Assembly: GCF_000737315.1 (NCBI RefSeq)
Contig: NZ_JMCB01000005.1
Coordinates: 1 to 64,000 of the forward strand
Reading direction: 5' to 3'
Length of the DNA: 64,000 nt
From: Hyalangium minutum
GTDB taxonomy: Bacteria; Myxococcota; Myxococcia; Myxococcales; Myxococcaceae
The notes beneath the pieces are model-generated. The model did not search any database. It saw only the letters and a list, made by a program, of their open reading frames with translations, and was not told the DNA's origin. Shown piece after piece: positions 44,322-53,732 of this stretch; the first letter of the stretch is position 1; each line of letters opens with the position of its first letter. The position numbers and the translations under genes were made by a program.

Positions 44322-46592
44322 CTACGCAGCGCGGACCTTCACGGGCACGTGTTTGTGGTAGGGCGTGCGTGCCAGCGGGTCACAATGCTCGCTCGCCGTG
44401 AGGCGGTTGAGCTGCGGTCCCGCTGGCTCCCCCCCGCGATAGCGCATCCCGTACCCGTGGGGGAGCGTGACCATCCCAGGGCGGAGCGCTTCGTCGAGCT
44501 CGATGGTGACCGCAAGCTCGCCGGTGTCCGACGTGCAGATCGCTCTCGAGCCCTGCACCAGGCCGAGCGCCCGCGCGTCATCCGGGTGCATGCGCATCGC
44601 CCCTTCGAGGTCCGTCTTGCGCCAGGCCGGATCGCGGAAGATCTGGTTGGCGTTGTACGAGCGGCGTTCGCCCGCGAGCAGCACGAGCGGAGGGACGGCC
44701 TCGGGCTCGTCTCGCAGGGCGCGCAGGGCGGCGAGCATCTCGGGGATGTCGAGGTGGATGCGTCCGTCGGCGTGCCGGAGAAATGACCAGGCGTCGTCAA
44801 ACGTGTGGCGCGTCACGAGCACCCCCTCCGGACGATCGAGGATGGCACGGAAGAGCGAGGCTCCGAGGGTGAGGCGATTCCCACGGTGGCCAGCCCTCTG
44901 GACCGCGGCCCGCTCCCGGTTCGCCAGGTCGAGCGTGAGCCCGAGCAGCGGGGCCGTGGCGGCGGGCGGCACGCGCTCCGGGTTCGCGCGCGCGGTTCTC
45001 AGCACCGGGCCGAGCGTGCGATAGGCGATGGACGCCGCGTAGGGGCGCAGGCGCGGCTTGGCTGCGAGCTGGGCGGCGAACGCGGCCAGGAATCCGAAGG
45101 GGTGCGTTGCTGCTGGCTCCACCTCGGCGATGCGCTTGAGCACGGGGAACGTGCGCGGGAGCTCGCCCATCGACTCGAGGAGCCGTGTGTAGATCTCCGC
45201 CTCCGGCAGGGTCTCGGCGCGAGGCGGAAAGAGCGGGTGCCGCACGTGAAATGCGTTGTCCGGGAACTCCAGGTTGAAGCCGGTGCACTCCCACTTCTCG
45301 AACTGCGTAGCCGCCGGCAACACGTAGTGCGCCAGACGTGCGGTCTCCGTCATCGCCACGTCCACGACGACCAGGAGCTCCAGCTTCGAGAAGGCTCGCT
45401 CGTAAGCCGCCGTGTTCGCGCCGGTGAGCACGGGGTTGGCGCTGTCCACGAACATCGCACGGAGGCGATCCTCGCCCTCGTGCTGAATCTCGTCCGGCAG
45501 GATGTTCGGTGGGTACAGCCCGGCGATGGGGTACATCCCGTGGTGAGCGGTGCGCGGGTGGCGCGTGTTGCGCTCGTCGGTATGGCCCAGGATGGGCAGG
45601 AGGAACGAGTGGAAGTTGTTCCCGCCGCGCTTGCCGAAGTGCCCGGTGACGAGAAACAGCAGCTTCTCGAGGTACGAGTTGAGCGTGCTGTGCAGGCTCT
45701 GCTGCAGCCCGAGGTCGACGCGGACGCACGCCGCGCGCGCCTGCGCGAAGCCCCGTGCAACCCGCTCGACGTCCGCGAGCGGCACATCGGCCCGGCGAAC
45801 GAACGCTTCGATTGGAATCGAGCGAAGCGCCTCCTCTAACGCCGGAAAGCCCGTGCAGCGGCGGGAGAGGAACTCGCGGTGGTGCAGCCCGTCCCGGACG
45901 ATGATCGCAAGCATGGCCGCCAGGAGAAATGCGTCGGTCCCCGGGCGGGGCTGGAGGTGCACGTCCGCCAGGCGTGCAGTCTCCGTCTTGCGCGGATCGA
46001 TGACCACCATCGTGCGCGCCGGGTCCTTCTTCAGCTCGCGCAGCGTGTCGCGAGCGTTGGGAATCCCGTGCGCTTGGAAGGGATTGGTGCCGGCGAACAG
46101 GACGAAGTCGGCGTGCTCGACATCCTCCGTGAGGTGGCAGCGCTGATCGCCGAACAGGCGGCCGTTGACCCAGAAGTCGCCGGTCTTTTCCTGGGCGAGC
46201 GCGCTGTAGACAAAGCGGCTCTTCATCGCCTTGAGCAACTGCCTGCTGTAGGCACCGCCGAGGTGGTTCCCCTGGCCGCCACCTCCGTAGAACGCGAAGG
46301 CGCGTCCCCCGTGGCGCTCTCGGAGCGCGATGAGCCTCTGCGCGATGTCTGCGAGCGCTTCGTCCCAGGTGACACGGACGAAGCTGCCGTCGGGCGTTCG
46401 GCGCAGCGGGTGCTCCAGGAGGTCCGCATGCTCCTGGTAGTGCGCCAGCCGCCCGGCCTTCTGACAGAGGTAGCCCTTCGACACCGGATGCGCGTCATCG
46501 CCGCGGATGCCCTTGATGCGCATCCCCTCCGTCTCGACGCGAAGACCACAGTTCCGCGAGCACAGAATGCAGGCCGTCTGTTCCGTGGGCAT
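44322..46592 (-). CDS. Cytoplasmic molybdopterin (bis-MGD) oxidoreductase with [4Fe-4S] site
   Basis: CILCSRNC...GYLCQK; VIDPRKTETA, DVAMTETARLAHYVLPA and MHPDDA motifs; no Tat signal. Confidence 0.9.
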   Translation of the reverse strand: MPTEQTACILCSRNCGLRVETEGMRIKGIRGDDAHPVSKGYLCQKAGRLAHYQEHADLLEHPLRRTPDGSFVRVTWDEALADIAQRLIALRERHGGRAFAFYGGGGQGNHLGGAYSRQLLKAMKSRFVYSALAQEKTGDFWVNGRLFGDQRCHLTEDVEHADFVLFAGTNPFQAHGIPNARDTLRELKKDPARTMVVIDPRKTETARLADVHLQPRPGTDAFLLAAMLAIIVRDGLHHREFLSRRCTGFPALEEALRSIPIEAFVRRADVPLADVERVARGFAQARAACVRVDLGLQQSLHSTLNSYLEKLLFLVTGHFGKRGGNNFHSFLLPILGHTDERNTRHPRTAHHGMYPIAGLYPPNILPDEIQHEGEDRLRAMFVDSANPVLTGANTAAYERAFSKLELLVVVDVAMTETARLAHYVLPAATQFEKWECTGFNLEFPDNAFHVRHPLFPPRAETLPEAEIYTRLLESMGELPRTFPVLKRIAEVEPAATHPFGFLAAFAAQLAAKPRLRPYAASIAYRTLGPVLRTARANPERVPPAATAPLLGLTLDLANRERAAVQRAGHRGNRLTLGASLFRAILDRPEGVLVTRHTFDDAWSFLRHADGRIHLDIPEMLAALRALRDEPEAVPPLVLLAGERRSYNANQIFRDPAWRKTDLEGAMRMHPDDARALGLVQGSRAICTSDTGELAVTIELDEALRPGMVTLPHGYGMRYRGGEPAGPQLNRLTASEHCDPLARTPYHKHVPVKVRAA

Positions 46593-46595
46593 GGC

Positions 46596-46629
46596 TTGAA
46601 TGATGGGATAGCGATCGTTATCCTGTCAA
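46596..46629. promoter_or_regulatory. Overlapping divergent sigma70 promoters with a palindromic TetR operator
   Basis: Operator GGATAGCGATCGTTATCC (46606-46623, near-perfect palindrome). Plus strand TTGAAT-17-TATCCT; minus strand TTGACA-18-CATCAT. Confidence 0.75.
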
Positions 46630-46638
46630 GACGACACC

Positions 46639-47196
46639 ATGCGTTACTCTACCGACCACAAAGCAGGCACTCGGGACAAGCTCGTGCGCGAGAGCGCGGC
46701 ACTGGCCAAGGAGCAGGGCTTCGCCGCGAGCGGGATCGACGCGCTGGCACGCTCCGCAGGCCTCACCAGCGGGGCATTCTACAAGCACTTCGAAGGCAAG
46801 GAGGCGCTGCTGGCGGCCATCTGCGAAGCGGAGCTCCAATCGACCCAGGAGCGCTTCTCATCCATCGAGCCTCAATCCGAGGAGCAGGTGCTTCGCGCGG
46901 TCGATGCGTACCTGAGCCTCGTGCACGTGCGAAGCCCTGGTGCGGGCTGCGTGTTGCCCGCTCTGGCCGCGGAGATGGGCCGCGCCCCCGCCGCCACCCG
47001 AGCCGTGGTCGAGCGCGCCTTCGAAGAGCTCGTTGCCGTCATCGCTGAGAAGGTCGGCGATCGTGCGCTCGGGAGTGCGCTCGTCACCCAGTGCGTGGGA
47101 GCGGTCTCCGTGGCTCGCGCGCTCTCGACGGAGACGGCCCAACGCGAGGTGCTCGCCCATGCGCGCGTGGCGGTACGGCGGCTGCTGAAGGCTTAG
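46639..47196 (+). CDS. TetR/AcrR-family transcriptional regulator
   Basis: GFAASGIDALARSAGLTSGAFYKHFEGKEAL HTH; GCVLPAL motif. Confidence 0.93.
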   Translation: MRYSTDHKAGTRDKLVRESAALAKEQGFAASGIDALARSAGLTSGAFYKHFEGKEALLAAICEAELQSTQERFSSIEPQSEEQVLRAVDAYLSLVHVRSPGAGCVLPALAAEMGRAPAATRAVVERAFEELVAVIAEKVGDRALGSALVTQCVGAVSVARALSTETAQREVLAHARVAVRRLLKA

Positions 47197-48290
47197 GTCA
47201 GCACCTCGGTCGGGTCCTTCCCGGCGAAGGTGCTGGCCAGGCCGTTGGCGAGCGCGCGGTGCTGCGCGTCCCCGAGCGTGGCCACCCGGTCCTCGGGAGG
47301 ATGGGCGAAGCGGGCCTCGAGCCGGGCGAGCCGGCGGTGGGCCTCGGTGATGCGCTCGCGCGGGATTCGGCCGGACTCCACGGCCTTCACCACCGCCTCG
47401 ATGGCCCGCCGCTGCACGTCCACGCGGTGGCACACGAGGAACAGATCCACTCCGGCCAGCGTGCCCTGCACCGCGGCCTCCTCCACGGAGTAGTAGTTCG
47501 CGATGGCCTTCATCTCCAGGTCATCGCTCACGAGCACCCCGTCGAAGCCCAGCTCCTGGCGCAGCAGGCCATGGAGCACCTTGTGGCTCATGGTCGCGGG
47601 CACTCCGGGCTCGATGGCGTCGAACAGCACGTGCGCCGTCATCAGCGACGCGAGCCCCGCCTTCCCGAAAGCCTTGAAGGGCACCAGCTCCACGCGGCGC
47701 AGGCGCTCCAAGTCATGCGGTAGCCGGGGCAGGGTGAGGTGGCTGTCCGTGGTGGTGTCTCCGTGGCCGGGGAAGTGCTTGCCGCACGAGGCTACGCCAC
47801 CTGCCTCCAGCCCGCGCCCGAGCGCCACGCCGAGCCGCGCCACCGTCTCCGCATCCCGGCTGAAGCTGCGGTCGCCGATGACGGGGTTGGCTGGGTTGGT
47901 GTCCACATCGAGCACGGGAGCGAAGTCCCAGTCGAAGCCCACGGCGCGCAGCTCGTGCGCGAGCAGCTGCCCCGCGCGCTCGGCGAGGCCCTCGTCCCCG
48001 CGCTGGCCCAGCTCGCGCATGGAGGGCAGGGCGGTGAAGGGCTCCCCGCGCAGCCGGGCCACGCGGCCGCCTTCCTGATCCACCGAGAGGATGAAGGGCC
48101 GCCCCGCGCGCTTCTTGATGTCCCGGCACAGCGCGGCCGTGTCCTGGGCGGAGCCGACGTTCCGCTTGAAGAGGATGGCCCCGAAGATGCCGTCGTCCAT
48201 GAGGGCGGCGAAGTCCCCATCAACGGTGGTGCCTGGGAAGCCCACCATGAAGAGGCGGGCGCAATCGCGGTAGAGGGCGGAGCGGGTCAT
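47193..48290 (-). CDS. nagZ: beta-N-acetylhexosaminidase (GH3)
   Basis: SVDQEGGRVAR, KHFPGHGDTTTDSH signature and SDDLEM. Confidence 0.95.
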   Translation of the reverse strand: MTRSALYRDCARLFMVGFPGTTVDGDFAALMDDGIFGAILFKRNVGSAQDTAALCRDIKKRAGRPFILSVDQEGGRVARLRGEPFTALPSMRELGQRGDEGLAERAGQLLAHELRAVGFDWDFAPVLDVDTNPANPVIGDRSFSRDAETVARLGVALGRGLEAGGVASCGKHFPGHGDTTTDSHLTLPRLPHDLERLRRVELVPFKAFGKAGLASLMTAHVLFDAIEPGVPATMSHKVLHGLLRQELGFDGVLVSDDLEMKAIANYYSVEEAAVQGTLAGVDLFLVCHRVDVQRRAIEAVVKAVESGRIPRERITEAHRRLARLEARFAHPPEDRVATLGDAQHRALANGLASTFAGKDPTEVLT

Positions 48291-48331
48291 TACGGCCTCA
48301 CCTTACCTACATTGGGCTCCAGAGGGAGGGG

Positions 48332-48370
48332 TGTGAACGGCTTCACACCCAGGACGTGAAGCCCGTCACA
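48332..48370. promoter_or_regulatory. Two tandem CRP-type binding sites
   Basis: TGTGA-ACGGCT-TCACA (48332-48347, perfect consensus) and CGTGA-AGCCCG-TCACA (48355-48370). Confidence 0.75.
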
Positions 48371-48456
48371 GATCCCCTGGCTGGAAAGGAGGCAGGCTTA
48401 CGCAGGGAAGCTCGGAAAGCCGTGAGGCAAGCACGGGCGTGAAAAGGGGGAACTCC

Positions 48457-49695
48457 ATGACGGACGTGGTGCGTCAGCGCAAGGACAGGGCTGAGGAGCT
48501 GCTGGCCTCGGGAGCGGTGGAGGCGGCGCTCGCGGAGTACCAGAAGCTCGCCGAGGAGGTCCCGGAGGACCTGACCAGCCGCCGCAAGGTGGCGGAGCTG
48601 TTCCAGCGGCTCGGCCGCCGCAAGGAGGCCCTGCTCACCTACGAGGCTCTGGCGGATGCCTGGGCCCGGCGCGGCTGGCTGCTGAGGGCCATCGCCCTGT
48701 GCAAGATCATCCTTCAGATCGAGCCTCGCCACGAGCGCACCCAGCGCCTGCTGGCGCAGCTCTACGCCCGCCGGCAGATGCCGCCGTCCCTGCCCGCGCC
48801 CGCGCCGGCCTCGGCGCCCTCGGAGCCCGAGGCCGTGGTGTCCAAGCCGGGCACGGGCAAGGTGCCGCGCTTCCCCGTCTTCTCGCAGCTGGGCGGAGAC
48901 GCCTTCCTGTCGCTCCTCGAGGGCTTGGAGATGCGCTTCTTCCAGCCCGGTGACGTCGTCATCGAGGAGGGCAAGGCCGCCACCTCCATGTTCGTCATCG
49001 TGGAGGGGAGCGTGGAGGTGGTGCAGAAGCAGGGCAAGGGCGGCGACCGCCCGGTGGCGCTCATGGGCGAGGGCAACCTCTTCGGGGAGATGGCGCTCGG
49101 AGGCGAGGCCTGCCGCCACACCCGCATCCAGGCGTATGAGCCCACGGTGGTGCTGGAGCTGACGCGCTCGCGCGTGGAGCAGCTCATCCTCCAGTACCCC
49201 GCGGTGGGGCAGGTGCTGCAGACCTTCTACCGGGAGCGGATGCTCAGCCAGCTGCTGAGCCAGAACCCCCTGTTCCGCTCGCTGTCGCAGGCGCAGCGCG
49301 AGGCCGTGGCGCTCGAGTTCCAGCTCTGCTCCATGCCGGCGGACCGGCCGCTCATCGCCCAGGGCCGCGCGGTGGACGCGCTCTACGTGCTGCTGCGAGG
49401 CTGCTGCCGGGTGACGCACCAGCGCTCCGAGGGCGGCGAGCTCGCCTCCCAGCCGCTCCAGGAGGGCGACATGTTCGGAGAGATCGCCCTGGTGCTCGGC
49501 ACGCAGGCCACGGCCACGGTGACCACGGAGACGCCCTGCACCCTGCTGCGGCTGAGCCGCGATGCGTGCGAGCGGCACCTGCTCCAGCAACCCGGGCTGC
49601 GCGACTACCTCTCGCGCCTGGCCTCCGAGCGCCTCCAGCGCACCGCGAGCCTCATCGCGGGCGAGGCTCCCGAAGAGGACGACGTCTGCATCTGA
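48457..49695 (+). CDS. TPR + tandem cNMP-binding domain protein
   Basis: N-terminal TPR-like helices and a Pro-rich linker; two cNMP domains (FGEMALGGEACRHT and FGEIALVLGTQATA). Confidence 0.85.
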   Translation: MTDVVRQRKDRAEELLASGAVEAALAEYQKLAEEVPEDLTSRRKVAELFQRLGRRKEALLTYEALADAWARRGWLLRAIALCKIILQIEPRHERTQRLLAQLYARRQMPPSLPAPAPASAPSEPEAVVSKPGTGKVPRFPVFSQLGGDAFLSLLEGLEMRFFQPGDVVIEEGKAATSMFVIVEGSVEVVQKQGKGGDRPVALMGEGNLFGEMALGGEACRHTRIQAYEPTVVLELTRSRVEQLILQYPAVGQVLQTFYRERMLSQLLSQNPLFRSLSQAQREAVALEFQLCSMPADRPLIAQGRAVDALYVLLRGCCRVTHQRSEGGELASQPLQEGDMFGEIALVLGTQATATVTTETPCTLLRLSRDACERHLLQQPGLRDYLSRLASERLQRTASLIAGEAPEEDDVCI

Positions 49696-49704
49696 GCGGC
49701 CCGC

Positions 49705-50385
49705 TCACTGGGCCTGCTTCTGGAGCTGATCGGGGTGGACCAGGGTGATTTGGCCCCCCTCGTAGGAGAGCAGGCCCTCACGGACGAAGAAGCGCAGCCA
49801 CTTGTTGGTGCTCTCGCGGGTGAGGCCGCACAGGTTGGCCAGCTCCACCTGCGTGAGCTTCTGGGAGATGACCACGCCGTCGGGGCCCAGCTGGCCCTGG
49901 CTCCGGGCCAGCTCGAGCAGCACGCGGATCAGCCGGGTGCGCGCATCCAGGAACGTCGCGTCGTGGACCAGCTGCGTCACCCGCCGCACCAGCAGGCTCA
50001 TGGACGCCAGCAGCCCTCGGGCCACCCGGGGCGAGCTGTCCAGGTACTGGTGGAAGCTCTCCCGCTGTAGGCACAGCAGCTCCGTCTCCTTCCGGGCCAC
50101 GGCGTCCGTCGAGCGGGGCTCGCCGTCCAGCAGCGCCAGCTCTCCGAAGAAGTCACCGCGCTCCAGCAGGGCCAGCGTCACCTCTTTGCCGTCCAGAGAG
50201 CTGAGGCGGATGGCCACCTGCCCCTTGCGGATGATGAAGAGCGCGGTACCTACATCTCCCTGATGGAAGATGACCTCTCCCCGGGGGTAGCGTCGGGCCT
50301 GCAGCAGGCCGGACAGGTGCTTGAGCTCCCCCTCCGCGAGGTGCTCGAATATGGGAACCTTGGCCAGCAGCTGCGTGTACGACAC
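49705..50385 (-). CDS. Crp/Fnr-family transcriptional regulator
   Basis: FFGELALLDGEPRST phosphate-binding cassette; HTH TQVELANLCGLTRESTNK. Confidence 0.93.
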   Translation of the reverse strand: MSYTQLLAKVPIFEHLAEGELKHLSGLLQARRYPRGEVIFHQGDVGTALFIIRKGQVAIRLSSLDGKEVTLALLERGDFFGELALLDGEPRSTDAVARKETELLCLQRESFHQYLDSSPRVARGLLASMSLLVRRVTQLVHDATFLDARTRLIRVLLELARSQGQLGPDGVVISQKLTQVELANLCGLTRESTNKWLRFFVREGLLSYEGGQITLVHPDQLQKQAQ

Positions 50386-50588
50386 CGGGCCTCCTCACCA
50401 GGGAGGGCTGTAGGATAGCGGGTAATTCGCGTTTTGCTGCAACGGACCTGGAGGGTAGGGTAGATTGAGCAGGCGGGGAAGGGAGCGGCCGCCGAGGGGC
50501 CCGACGTGCTGCCATGGAGTAGGGCGGGCAAATGTGCTCGAGGTGGCAGCGCCACGAGCTGGGTAAGCGTGATACACACAAGGCTGAT

Positions 50589-52157
50589 ATGCACGCAGCG
50601 CTCGAAGTCCTTCTCGCCGATGGCGTGATCGATGAAGTCACCGCCCGCCTCAAGAGCGGCAAAGAGGCGGACGTGTACATCGTCGTTCACGGCGGCCAGT
50701 ACGTGGCGGCGAAAATCTACAAGGAGCGCACCCAGCGCAACTTCAAGAACAACGCCGGCTACAAGGAAGGGCGCCTGGTCCGCAACAGCCGCACGCGGCG
50801 GGCGATGGAGAAGGGCAGCCGCTTCGGCCAGGAGGCCGAGGAAGAGGCGTGGAAGACGGCCGAGGCGGAGACGCTCGGCAAGCTGCACACCGCCGGGGTG
50901 CGGGTGCCCTCGCCGGTGATGTTCTACGAGGGCGTGCTGTTGATGGAGCTGGTGGTGGACGCCGAGGGCCAGCCCGCGCCGCGCTTGATTGACGCGCTGC
51001 TCACGCCAGAGCTGGCGGCGGAGTTCTACCGGGACCTGCGCCAGCAGGCGGTGAAGATCCTCTGCGCCGATCTGATCCACGGCGACCTGAGCGCGTACAA
51101 CATCCTGCTCGGGGCAGCCGGCCCCACCATCATCGACTTTCCGCAGACGGTGTCGGCGGCGGCCAACAGCCGTGCGGAGTTCTTCTTCAAGCGGGACCTG
51201 GACAACCTGCAGCTCTTCTTCGCGGGCTATGACCCGGGGCTGATGGGGCGCGCGGGGGATTCTTCGGAGATCTGGCGGGCCTACGTGCGGCGTGAGCTGA
51301 CGCCGGACTTCGAGCCGTCGGGCCGAGGCGCACCGGATGGCCGGGGCCCGCGGCACGGCTCCCGTCAGGGAGGTCGGCCTCAGGGTGAAGGGGGACGCTC
51401 GTTCCCGCCGAGAGACCGTTCACCCGCGCCGGTGCAAGAGGCGCGCGAGGCCCCAGCTCCCGCGGTGGAGGAGGACGAGTTCGCGATCCTGCGCCAGGGT
51501 GGCGGCGAGCGGCCCAAGGTGGCCCAGCTCGCGAAGGCCGCCCGGGGCGGAGATCGTCCGCACCACCGGGGCGGTTCGAGAGGCGGTTCTCAGGGCGGTG
51601 GCCGGCGAGGTCCTCCAACGGGCGGGGCTCCTCGCCAGGGGAACGGGCAGTCTCGGCCGCACGGTGATCGTCCTCAGGGCGGCGGGCGTCCCTCGAAGCC
51701 GCCCCAGGGTGCGCAGACTCAGCACGGTGGCGGAGGCTCGGGGCAGACGAATGGTGCACACGCCTCGCACGGCGCTGGAGGTTCGGGACAGCCGAACGGC
51801 ACCCGCGTCTCACACGGCGGCGGTGGCTCCGGCCATTCGCACGGGGCGCGCGCTCAGCACGGAGGCGGCGGGCAGGGAGCGCCGCATCACCGGCGAGGCC
51901 CTCACGGAGGAGGAGGGCACGGCGCGCCTCGCGGCGGCAATGCTCCCCACGCTTCGGGTGGAAGTGCCCCGCATTCCGCGCAGGCCGGAGGCCGTCCTCA
52001 GCAGCACGGGCACCAGGGCGGTCGCGGTGGTGATCGGCCCCAGGGCACGCGTCAACCGCGCCAGGGTCGGCGGGGGGCTGCTGCGCCTGTGGTCTCCTAT
52101 GTGTCCCGCGGCACCGCTTCGGAGCCGGGGACGGGTGGCTCTCCCGAGGAGTCCTGA
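50589..52157 (+). CDS. RIO1-family protein kinase with long Gly/His/Arg-rich disordered tail
   Basis: LKSGKEADVY, AAKIYK, IHGDLSAYNIL and IIDFPQ motifs; low-complexity C-terminal half. Confidence 0.9.
   Translation: MHAALEVLLADGVIDEVTARLKSGKEADVYIVVHGGQYVAAKIYKERTQRNFKNNAGYKEGRLVRNSRTRRAMEKGSRFGQEAEEEAWKTAEAETLGKLHTAGVRVPSPVMFYEGVLLMELVVDAEGQPAPRLIDALLTPELAAEFYRDLRQQAVKILCADLIHGDLSAYNILLGAAGPTIIDFPQTVSAAANSRAEFFFKRDLDNLQLFFAGYDPGLMGRAGDSSEIWRAYVRRELTPDFEPSGRGAPDGRGPRHGSRQGGRPQGEGGRSFPPRDRSPAPVQEAREAPAPAVEEDEFAILRQGGGERPKVAQLAKAARGGDRPHHRGGSRGGSQGGGRRGPPTGGAPRQGNGQSRPHGDRPQGGGRPSKPPQGAQTQHGGGGSGQTNGAHASHGAGGSGQPNGTRVSHGGGGSGHSHGARAQHGGGGQGAPHHRRGPHGGGGHGAPRGGNAPHASGGSAPHSAQAGGRPQQHGHQGGRGGDRPQGTRQPRQGRRGAAAPVVSYVSRGTASEPGTGGSPEES
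51723..51880 (+). repeat. Degenerate 45-bp (15-aa) tandem repeat within the RIO kinase tail
   Basis: HGGGGSGQTNGAHAS / HGAGGSGQPNGTRVS / HGGGGSGHSHGARAQ / HGGGGQG. Confidence 0.75.
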
Positions 52158-52185
52158 GCCGCCCGCGGTCCGCTGAGGAGGCGTC

Positions 52186-52857
52186 TCAGTCCATCACCAC
52201 CAGCGCATCGGTGAGCTCGTTGCGATTCTGCGCCTGGGCGGGCAGCGCCTCGGCGAGAGCGGCGCCCGCCTGCTCAATGGTGTGGCAGAGCGCGTCCGTA
52301 TAGCTGCCCTTCTTCAGCTCCGAGACGAGGCTGGCGCACAGCGCATCCAGCTTGGGCTGTCCCAGCTTCTCCAGCACTTGGGCATCCGCGAGCACCACGG
52401 CCATGCGCTCGAGCATGCTGACGTAGACGAGCAAGCCGCTGCCGGCGTCAGTGTGGTGGATGCGGCGATCGAAGAAGGCCTGCCGGGCGGCGCGTTCCAC
52501 CTCGGCCTTCTGCTCGCTGCGCGGGGTGAACAGGAGCCGCAGGCTGCCGGACAGGTGCGCCAGGACCACGCCCAGCACCCAGCCGCCGAGCACCAGGCCC
52601 ACCACCGGCAGCAGTCCGAGCCGGGGACGGGGCACGCCCCATTCGGAGGGCTCGACCCCCTGCAGCAGCCACCAGCCCACGCAGAGGGTGATGAGCCCGA
52701 ACCAGAGCCCGACCATGTCTTCGGCGCGGTCATACCGGCCGCTGGAGCTGGCGATGACCGGGACGATCTCCGCGGAGGAGCGGGCCTCTGCCCGGGCGAC
52801 GGCCTCGGTGACACGCCGGTGATCCGCTTCAGTAAAGAGCGTGGATGCGCGCTTCAT
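52186..52857 (-). CDS. TPM-domain membrane protein (partner type)
   Basis: RVTEAVARAEARSSAEIVPVI, GLLVYVSMLERMAVVLAD and NRNELTD motifs. Confidence 0.85.
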   Translation of the reverse strand: MKRASTLFTEADHRRVTEAVARAEARSSAEIVPVIASSSGRYDRAEDMVGLWFGLITLCVGWWLLQGVEPSEWGVPRPRLGLLPVVGLVLGGWVLGVVLAHLSGSLRLLFTPRSEQKAEVERAARQAFFDRRIHHTDAGSGLLVYVSMLERMAVVLADAQVLEKLGQPKLDALCASLVSELKKGSYTDALCHTIEQAGAALAEALPAQAQNRNELTDALVVMD

Positions 52858-52866
52858 GGCCCCTCC

Positions 52867-53679
52867 CTACCAGGACCCCGTGGCGCCGCCGCCACGTGAT
52901 GAGCTTCCACCTCCGCTGCTCCACGAGCTGCTGCTGCTCGAGGAACTGCTGGAGTGAGAGTGTCCCCAGCCATGGTGGTGGTGATGGCGACGCCTGGGCG
53001 ACAGTAGCGCGCCCAGGATGGCCCACAGCGCGCTGAAGACGATGCTCCAGAAGCCCCAGGCGTAGCCTTGTGTGCCGCTGCGCAGCAGCGAGATGAGCGT
53101 GAAGAGGCCCAGCGCTCCGCCCCCGGCGTAGCCCAGCATTCGTTCCTGGGACATGGGCGCTCGGGGAAGCTCCTGGCCGCGGACCATGAGATCCAGCGCG
53201 GAGGCCCCCAGGACCAGGCCGGACGAATGGCGCTCCTTCTTGAATGCGGGGATGAGGTGGTCCTGCAGGATGCTCCAGCAGGAGGCGTCCTTCTCCTGGC
53301 CCCAGCCGGGGCCCATCTCGATGCGGGCCTTCCGGTCGAGCTTGCTCACCAGCAGGAGGACCCCCTTGCTGTCCTCGGGGCTCACGGCGCCGGAGACGCC
53401 AATGCCCCACTCGCGGAACAACTGGGAGGCAAAGTCCTCGATGCTCATCCGCGCCCCGCCGTACCTCGCCATCGTGTCGATGGTCACGACGAACAGAGGA
53501 ATCTCCTGCTCTGTCCACAGTCGCTCGGCCGTGGCCTGGATCTCTTGTGCGTCCTCAGGGCGGATGACCGACGCTAGATCCACGACGTACTGCCCGGTGG
53601 GGGGCGCCGGGGGAAGATGGAGTGCCGCGTGGGCGGGCATGGCCAGCAGCAGCGCTGCCAGCAGAGCCAGGGTCTTCAC
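52867..53679 (-). CDS. TPM-domain (YgcG-like) protein
   Basis: YVVDLASVI, GVLLLVSKLDRKARIEMG; His/Ser/Gly tail ending GGGATGSW. Confidence 0.88.
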   Translation of the reverse strand: MKTLALLAALLLAMPAHAALHLPPAPPTGQYVVDLASVIRPEDAQEIQATAERLWTEQEIPLFVVTIDTMARYGGARMSIEDFASQLFREWGIGVSGAVSPEDSKGVLLLVSKLDRKARIEMGPGWGQEKDASCWSILQDHLIPAFKKERHSSGLVLGASALDLMVRGQELPRAPMSQERMLGYAGGGALGLFTLISLLRSGTQGYAWGFWSIVFSALWAILGALLSPRRRHHHHHGWGHSHSSSSSSSSSSWSSGGGSSSRGGGATGSW

Positions 53680-53732
53680 CAGGAGCCTCCGGAGAGCACC
53701 ACGAGCGGGCCAGATGTTGGCCCTGCGACACT

